Positions 37,990 to 45,332 of a DNA stretch of 45,332 nt are shown here, piece by piece. The DNA is taken from contig NC_068991.1 of assembly GCF_001194135.2 (NCBI RefSeq), forward strand, positions 33,125,096-33,170,427, read 5' to 3'. Source of the DNA: Octopus bimaculoides. Lineage: Eukaryota. Numbering within the stretch: the stretch's first letter is position 1; each line of letters starts with the position of its first letter. Under the pieces are notes generated by a model. The model was not told the DNA's origin, did no database searches, and saw only the letters and a program-made list of their open reading frames with translations. The translations under genes were made by a program, and so were the position numbers.

Positions 37990-37996
37990 ACAGCTT

Positions 37997-39955
37997 AAAA
38001 CATCTGGTGGTGTGGGCTATGGCCTAGTCACCTGCATACCCAATGACTGCTACAAAGGTAAAGGTGATGCTCTAGATAAAAATAACTACAGGGGTATCAA
38101 ACTGCTGGATCAGGTGATGAAGGTCATCGAGAGGGTCATAGCCCATCTCATTAGGGAGAGAGTCTGCTTAGATGAGATGCAGTTTGGTTTTGTGCCGGAT
38201 AGAAACACCACTGATGCCATATTCCTGGTTTGACAACTGTAGGAGAAATACCTAGCTAAATATAAACCCCTATACTTAGCTTTTGTGGACATGGAGAAAG
38301 CCTTTGACAGGGTCACCCGATCCCTTATGTGGTGGGCAATGCGGAAACTGGAGATTGATGAATGGTTAATAAGGGCTGTACAGGCCCTATACAGAGAGGC
38401 CGTTAGTAAGGTTAGGATTGGCAATGAGTATAGTGAAGAATTCTGGGTAGAAGTAGGGTTCCACCAAGTTTCAGCCCTCAGTCCCCTTTTATTCATCATA
38501 GTCCTCCAGGCAATAACAGAGGAATTCAAGATAGGTTGCCCCTGGGAGCTTCTCTATGCTGATGACCTGGTCCTCATAGCAGAATCACTACCGGAACTAG
38601 AAAAGAAATTTTGGGTGTGGAAGCAAGGTTTATAATCAAAAGGCCTTAGAGTCAATGGAGTCAATGTAGCAAAGACCGAAGTTCTAATAAGTAGGATGGC
38701 AAACTTATCACACACCTCCTCAGGTAGGTGGCCCTGCTCAATGTGTAGAAAAGGTGTAGGTAGAACCTCCATGAGATGTACCCAGTGTAAGTTATGGACA
38801 CATAAGAGGTGCAGCAACATCAAAGGAAGATTAACTGAGAAGATAGCTTTCATATGTGGCAGATGCACAGGGGCAGTAGACACCACAGATGCTCAGAAAA
38901 CAGATTCCATCATACTCCAGGAGGAGAAACTAGAAGTAGTTGATAACTTCTGCTACCGAGGTGACCAAGTTAGTAGTGGGGGTAAATGCTCAGTGAGTGT
39001 TACCACTAGAATAAGAATAGCCTGGGCCAAGTTTAGAAAGCTTTTACCCCTCCTGGTGACAAAGGGTCCCTCACTTAGGGTGTAAGGTTGATTGTACGAT
39101 GCATGTGTGTGAACTGCCATGCTTCATGGCAGTGAAACATTGGCTGTGACTTCAGAGGACATGCGTAGGCTCGAAAGAAAAGAAGCTAGCTTGATCCGCT
39201 GGATGTGTAATGTCAGTGTGCACACACGACAGAGTGTAAGCACCCTGAGTGAAATGTTGGACATAAGAAGCATCGGATGTGGCATACAAGAGAGACGTTT
39301 GCGCTGGTATGGTCATGTACTATGGATGGATGAGGAGAGATGTGTGAAGAAGTGCCACTCACAAACAGTTGAAGGAATCTGGGATAGAGGTAGACCCAGG
39401 AAGACATGGGATGAGGTGGTCAATCATGACCTTTGAATGTTGGGCCTCACAGAGACAATGACGATAGACTGAGACCTCTGGAGATATACTGTGACTGCGA
39501 AGACCCGGCAAATAAAGCGAGTTTACAGCGTATTCTACACCAGCTTCACATAACCAGCCCCAGCCCATTCAAAGTTCCTTGGATCGTAGGACGACCTATG
39601 TGCTTACCTTGCATTGTAGGGCAACCTGCTGTGCTTGAGGAGACCTACTGAGTCAAGTACATCAACATCAAAATAAAAATCAAACGGAAATTGTAGTTGT
39701 GATACCTATGCCGGTGGCACATAAAAAGCACCAACCGATTGTGGCCGTTGTCAGCCTCCTCTGGCCCCTGTGCTAGTGGTACGTTAAAAGCACCCACTAT
39801 ACTCACAGAGTGGTTGGCATTAGGAAGGGCATCCAACTGTAGAAACACTGCCAGATTAGACTGGAGCCTGGTGCAGCCTCCTAGCTTCCTAAACCCCGAT
39901 TGAACCGTCCAACCCATGCTAGCATGGAAAATAGATGTTAAACGATGATGATGAT
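37997..39955 (+). mobile_element. RTE LINE, 5'-truncated (RT to tail), head-to-tail with the previous copy; intact PHD motif at 38735-38866
   Basis: NYRGIKLLDQVMKV, DMEKAFDRV, WELLYADD, WPCSMC...FICGRC, RLRWYGHV; tail gttaaacgatgatgatgat. Confidence 0.95.
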
Positions 39956-39967
39956 AATAAATATGAT

Positions 39968-40123
39968 AGGCACAGAAGTGGCTGTGTGGTAAGTAGCTTG
40001 CTTATCAATTACATGGTTCCGGGTTCAGTCCCACTGCTTGGTACCATGGACATGTGTCTTCTGCTATAACCTTGGGCCAACCAATACCTTATGAGTGGAT
40101 TTGGTAGACAGAAACTGAAAGCC

Positions 40124-40158
<35 letters not shown>

Positions 40159-40339
40159 TATGTTTGTGTGTCTGTGTTTGTCCCCCCACCATTGCTTGAC
40201 AACCGATGTTGGTGTGTTTACATCCCCATAGCTTAGCGACTTGGCAAAAGTGAGCGATAGAATAAGTACTAGGCTTACAAGGAATAAGTCCTGAGATCAA
40301 TTTATTCAACTAAAGGTAGTTCTCCAGCATGGCCACAGC
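39968..40339 (+). mobile_element. tRNA-derived SINE, 3'-truncated at the CR1-group LINE
   Basis: AGGCACAGAAGTGGCTGTGTGG...GGTTCAGTCCC head; ends at ctccagcatggccacag. Confidence 0.9.
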
Positions 40340-43300
40340 ATTGCTTCCCCCTCATCTACCCAACTTCTCACTCACCTCCGCGCATTCTCCCATCACACCT
40401 CTGCTCTCTTCATACTTACACTCAAAAACTCACTACACACACCACCATATCTGCACACCACAAGAATGATGACAAGAAACTGGAAGTCTACAAAGATAGG
40501 ATTGTTCCTACATGCCTGGGAAATTGCAGAAGGCGATTTGCCAAGTAATTTGATTACAGCTTTCCTAAAGAACATTGGTTTGTCCAGATCAGTGACACCA
40601 ATAGATCAGAAGAAGAATGAGTTCATTCTATCTTATGCACTCATATGGCCTCACCTGGAGAAACTGGACATCAGTTTCAAAAGTGGTGAAAAAAAAGAAA
40701 AGAAAAGAAAATATGATGATACTACCTGTAAGAACCCTTACACAGAAAGCAGTGGCAACATCGACTCCAAAGTTAAAACACTGAACAAGACAGGAAACTA
40801 GAAAAGTGTGAACAACCACAGTCCCAACACCTCCCGAAGTAGCAATGTAGAAGCAGAAAAAGAAGACACCAGATGAAAGCCAAGGGAAAATGGTTCTAAA
40901 ATAAAAACCCAAATCACTCAGAGAAAATGGTCTATCTGCGAGTTCCACGAAAAAGGTGTCTGCTGGCATGGAGAGAGTGGGACAAACTGCCACTTTGCGC
41001 ACCCAGTGATGGAGCAAAATCCACCACTCACCCAACGAAGGAAACAACCGCAATTAGAAAAATCTATATTCCAGCACAAACCTGCAGAAAAAAAGGCCAA
41101 ACAGAAGTCATATGCAGATGCAGTACAATCTGCAGCAGTTGAGCAACAACATTTTTTAAGTGTGGCACAGGAAATAGTGCAACGGTTGTCATGGTTACAG
41201 GCAAAGCTGAGCTATGTACCCTTGCACACAAGACCGCCACAATTGATGAACTCTGGTTGGCCACCACTGCCACCAAACCACCCAACACACCAACAACAAT
41301 GCCATTTCTAATGATGAATATAAGAGGCCTGCTGCAGAACAACAGCAAATGCAAAATTGAGCACCTGAAGAATCTTTCTGCATGTAATCAAGTTATGTGC
41401 ATTGCACTTACAGAAACACATCTATCTGCAGACATAAGTGATGTGGAGATACACATACCAATGTATGCTATCTTCCGTACAGACAGAAGAAAAAGAAATC
41501 ATGGTGGAGTTGCAATGTACATCCGATAAGATGTCACACTATTAACCTTGTTATCAAACTCGAAATCTGTGACACACTCATAGTACATCTAAAGCAACTT
41601 GATATAGTGATATGCACACTATATCATCCACCTGATGCCTCAAATCATGATGGAAAATTTGAAGAAAGCCTCAATGCGATAAAGGAAGTACTAACACAAT
41701 TGAATGAATGTACTACTATATTCCTGATGTGTGACTTCAACTCACCTAACATCAGGTGGCCTGAGGGTAATATAACCCCAGGAATGATGCACAAAGAGTG
41801 AAATCAAGCAGAATCTCTACTTGATCTTACGAAAATGCTATTCATGGAGCAGATCATACTCTCCCCAACCAGGCACAAAAATATCCTGGACCTCTGTTTT
41901 ACTAACAATGTGGAAATTATCCAGAACGTAAATATATCACCAACAATATTCTCAGACCATAACATTACAGAACTGACAATGTATGGCCTGGAATTAACTA
42001 AAGATAAACTCCACACAGATGGCTCTCAAACCCTATCCAGCCTAAATTTTTAAAAGGCTGACTGGAAGTGACTTGAAAAACAGATACTCCAGCAGGACTG
42101 GCCTAAAAGCCACTCTATGCAAGACATAGATGTGAAACTCAATAAATTTGTGTCAATAATGCGAGCCATATGCATTAAATATGTCCCAGAGAAGGGGGAG
42201 GGGAATACACACAAAAACATCATTCCCCAAGACAGGAGAATACACATGCAGCAGAGAATAAAGACCTTGAATTGTTTAAACAAACACCTTAATGACATTG
42301 TGAAATCCCACCTGACAGAGGAACTCTTCAAGATAGAAAATAAATTCCAAATCTCCCATGAAAAAGATAGAGAAACCTGGACAGTCAAAAATATAGAAAG
42401 AAATCTTAAAGCCTTCTACATGTTGGCACAGGAGTCTGCCTCAGTATAAGAAAGTGGCCCTATAAGATAGGGCCACTATTTGGTAAAAGCAGCTCACTAA
42501 CTGCAGACCCAGGGAAGATAAGTAAAGCACTAAATAAACAATTCCAAAGTGTTTTCACTTCTCCACTGGAGAATATGCAAATAAACAAGCTGAAGGAGTT
42601 TTCAATGTAAGGAATCTATTTGGAAAAGAGGCAACCATTGATTGCATCAATGTAACAGAAAAGGATGTAATGTTGGCCATTGATGAGATAAGATCAAACT
42701 CAGTAACAGGCCCAGATGAACTCCCAGCTGTTCTCTTAAAGACATGTAAAAAGGTTCTTGCAAAGCTATTGCAGATATTCTTTCAGAGTTTCCTTGCATG
42801 TGGTAAACTTCCCAACATGCTAAAAGAGGGTATAATATGCCCTGTCCATAAAGGAGAGAGCAGAGCAGATGCTAAAATCTACAGGCCAATCTCTCTGACC
42901 TCCCATGTTAGCAGGACAATGGAACGCATTGTCAGAAAAAGGCTGATCACATTCCTAAAAGAAAACAACCTTCTCACAAACACGCAACATGGCTTCCATC
43001 CAGGGACGAGCTGCCTCACACAGTTGCTGCAACACTTTGACTGGTTACTGAAGTAACAGCTAAACCAATCAGCTGTAGAAGTGATATACCTCGACTTTGC
43101 CAAGGCTTTCAACAAGGTTGATCATGGCATGATATGTCACAAGCTGCAAAACCTTGGTATTACCAGGAAACTGGGAGAGTGGCTGCATGATTTTCTGAAG
43201 GGCAGGAGTCAGACAGTTGTATCCAATGGCACTCACTCTGAAGAGACACCAGTTCTCAGCGGAGTCCCACAGAGAACTGTACTGGGGCCTCTACTATTTG

Positions 43301-44047
43301 TGGTGGCCCTCTCAGACATGCCCTCCGCCATACCGTCAGCCAATCTGACCAGTTGTGCTGACGACACAAGAGTATCGCAGGCAGTTAGGAACCCAGAGGA
43401 CATCATAAAACTGCAGAAAGACCTGAATGAAATTTACAAAAGGGCTAACTAAAATAACACGTAGTTCAATGCTATGAAATTTCAGGCACTCCACTATTGG
43501 TCTAACACCAGGCTAAAATCAGAATACACTGGACCAGAAGGTAATATGATCCCAGAGTCAGATTTGGTGACCTGGGGGTTCACATGAGCAATGATGTAAC
43601 ATTCCATGTGCATATTACCCAAGATGGCAACATTGTGCAGGCAAGTGGCTGGATGGATTCTGAGAATATTCAGAACCAGGAAAAGAGAAGCCCTGCTATC
43701 TCTATGGAAGACTTTCATTCTCAGCCGCTTGGACTACTGCTCCCAACTATGGTCCCCAGAGAGTGTGAAAGAAACTGTGGAACTCGAAGCAATCCAGTGC
43801 CAATACACAAGGAAGATTGATTCAATGCAAAAGAAAGGTAACTGGGAGATGCTAAAGGAGCTAAGTCTCTATTCCCTGGACAGAATACAATATATATTTG
43901 GAAGATCTTGGAGAGTTTATCTTTCAATTTTGGAATTGACAGCTATACCAATCTCCGAACTGGACGGCACTGCATCATACCAAAGATCCTTCTTCCTCAT
44001 CTAAAATAAGGACACAGTACTGCAATAATCTGGTTTCAAGGGCCCGC
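40340..44047 (+). mobile_element. CR1-group LINE: ORF1 remnant with CCCH finger, ORF2 APE + RT; degenerate, 3' end in a gap
   Basis: MNIRGL...CIALTETHL...RTDR...GGVAMYI, DFN.PNI.W, LDLCFTNN, SDHN, YRPISLTS, QHGF..G.SCLTQL, YLDFAKAFNKVDHG, GVPQRTVLGPLLF, ADDT, SRLDYCSQLWSP. Confidence 0.92.
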
Positions 44048-44568
44048 NNNNNNNNNNNNNNNNNNNNNNNNNNNNNNNNNNNNNNNNNNNNNNNNNNNNN
44101 NNNNNNNNNNNNNNNNNNNNNNNNNNNNNNNNNNNNNNNNNNNNNNNNNNNNNNNNNNNNNNNNNNNNNNNNNNNNNNNNNNNNNNNNNNNNNNNNNNNN
44201 NNNNNNNNNNNNNNNNNNNNNNNNNNNNNNNNNNNNNNNNNNNNNNNNNNNNNNNNNNNNNNNNNNNNNNNNNNNNNNNNNNNNNNNNNNNNNNNNNNNN
44301 NNNNNNNNNNNNNNNNNNNNNNNNNNNNNNNNNNNNNNNNNNNNNNNNNNNNNNNNNNNNNNNNNNNNNNNNNNNNNNNNNNNNNNNNNNNNNNNNNNNN
44401 NNNNNNNNNNNNNNNNNNNNNNNNNNNNNNNNNNNNNNNNNNNNNNNNNNNNNNNNNNNNNNNNNNNNNNNNNNNNNNNNNNNNNNNNNNNNNNNNNNNN
44501 NNNNNNNNNNNNNNNNNNNNNNNNNNNNNNNNNNNNNNNNNNNNNNNNNNNNNNNNNNNNNNNNNNNN

Positions 44569-44611
<43 letters not shown>

Positions 44612-44940
44612 TTATGTAAGGTATAAGTTAGAAGTGTATAAGCTCTCTAAAGGATAGAAGTATCCAGAGGCACTCCTGGTAATTACCTCAGTAAATATGG
44701 TCCTTGGTATAAGGTATACAGCAGCAGGTAATTTAAAAGATAAACCATAGTTTAATGTATTTATAGATGATAAGGAAATGGAAGGAAAACAACAAATAGA
44801 AGTCTGTCTTTAGAGCTAAAAAGCCATTATTTAATCAGTTGAGTAAGGTGAGGGTAAGAGTGAGTTTACAGCTGTTTCTGTGTACCATGTTGTGGTAAAT
44901 ATGTATTTACCTCATTGCAAATGGTAGATGTCATCAGATA

Positions 44941-45021
44941 AGGGCATTACTACAGAATAATACCACACAAGTCTGTTGTGTGCGAAGTCAGTTGTGTGGC
45001 ATTATTCTGTAGTAATGCCCT
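44941..45021. mobile_element. 81-bp TA-flanked MITE with 30-bp TIRs
   Basis: AGGGCATTACTACAGAATAATACCACACAA versus reverse complement AGGGCATTACTACAGAATAATGCCACACAA (29/30). TA at 44939-44940 and 45022-45023. Confidence 0.85.
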
Positions 45022-45084
45022 TATATAAATATAAACGAATAATTATATTCTTGGGAATAGAAATTTTCCTTATGAATTGTTTTA

Positions 45085-45201
45085 CACACTATATTTGTAT
45101 ATATGTATATATATGTATTTGTATATATGTATATATATGTATATATGTATATATGTATATATATGTATATATATGTATATATGTATATATGTATATATGT
45201 A

Positions 45202-45244
<43 letters not shown>

Positions 45245-45332
45245 ATATGTATATATATATATTTGTATATATGTATATATATATGTATTTATGTATATAC
45301 ATATGTATATATATACTATGTATATATATATA
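45085..45332. repeat. (TA)/(TATG)n microsatellite
   Basis: Direct low-complexity runs. Confidence 0.95.

Overview
Eukaryotic, AT-rich, repeat-saturated scaffold with about ten N gaps. It is most consistent with an octopus/coleoid cephalopod genome; this is inferred from the tRNA-SINE and LINE families I recognise, not from a search. I could not support any host protein-coding exon. Nearly all readable sequence is nested, decayed transposable elements. These comprise: many pieces of one RTE-clade LINE family, covering 5' UTR, APE, RT and a (GAT)n tail; a second RTE lineage; a CR1-group LINE; four Penelope-like (PLE) fragments, one with a degenerate hammerhead ribozyme; three tRNA-SINE copies; Helitron pieces; a Tc1/mariner transposase relic; and several MITE/foldback palindromes and microsatellites. 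Best leads: (1) a C4HC3 PHD-type zinc finger sitting inside the RT C-terminal region of the dominant RTE family, absent from the second RTE lineage; (2) a Helitron-like N-terminal ORF with 23-aa STPR-like repeats, split by a 963-bp GG-ended foldback element with a perfect 8-bp TSD whose removal restores the frame; (3) the PLE hammerhead; (4) a CCCH finger in the CR1-group ORF1; (5) a CpG-retaining first 2 kb that may be a promoter. All of this was read by eye, and boundaries of old elements are approximate (about +/-50 bp).
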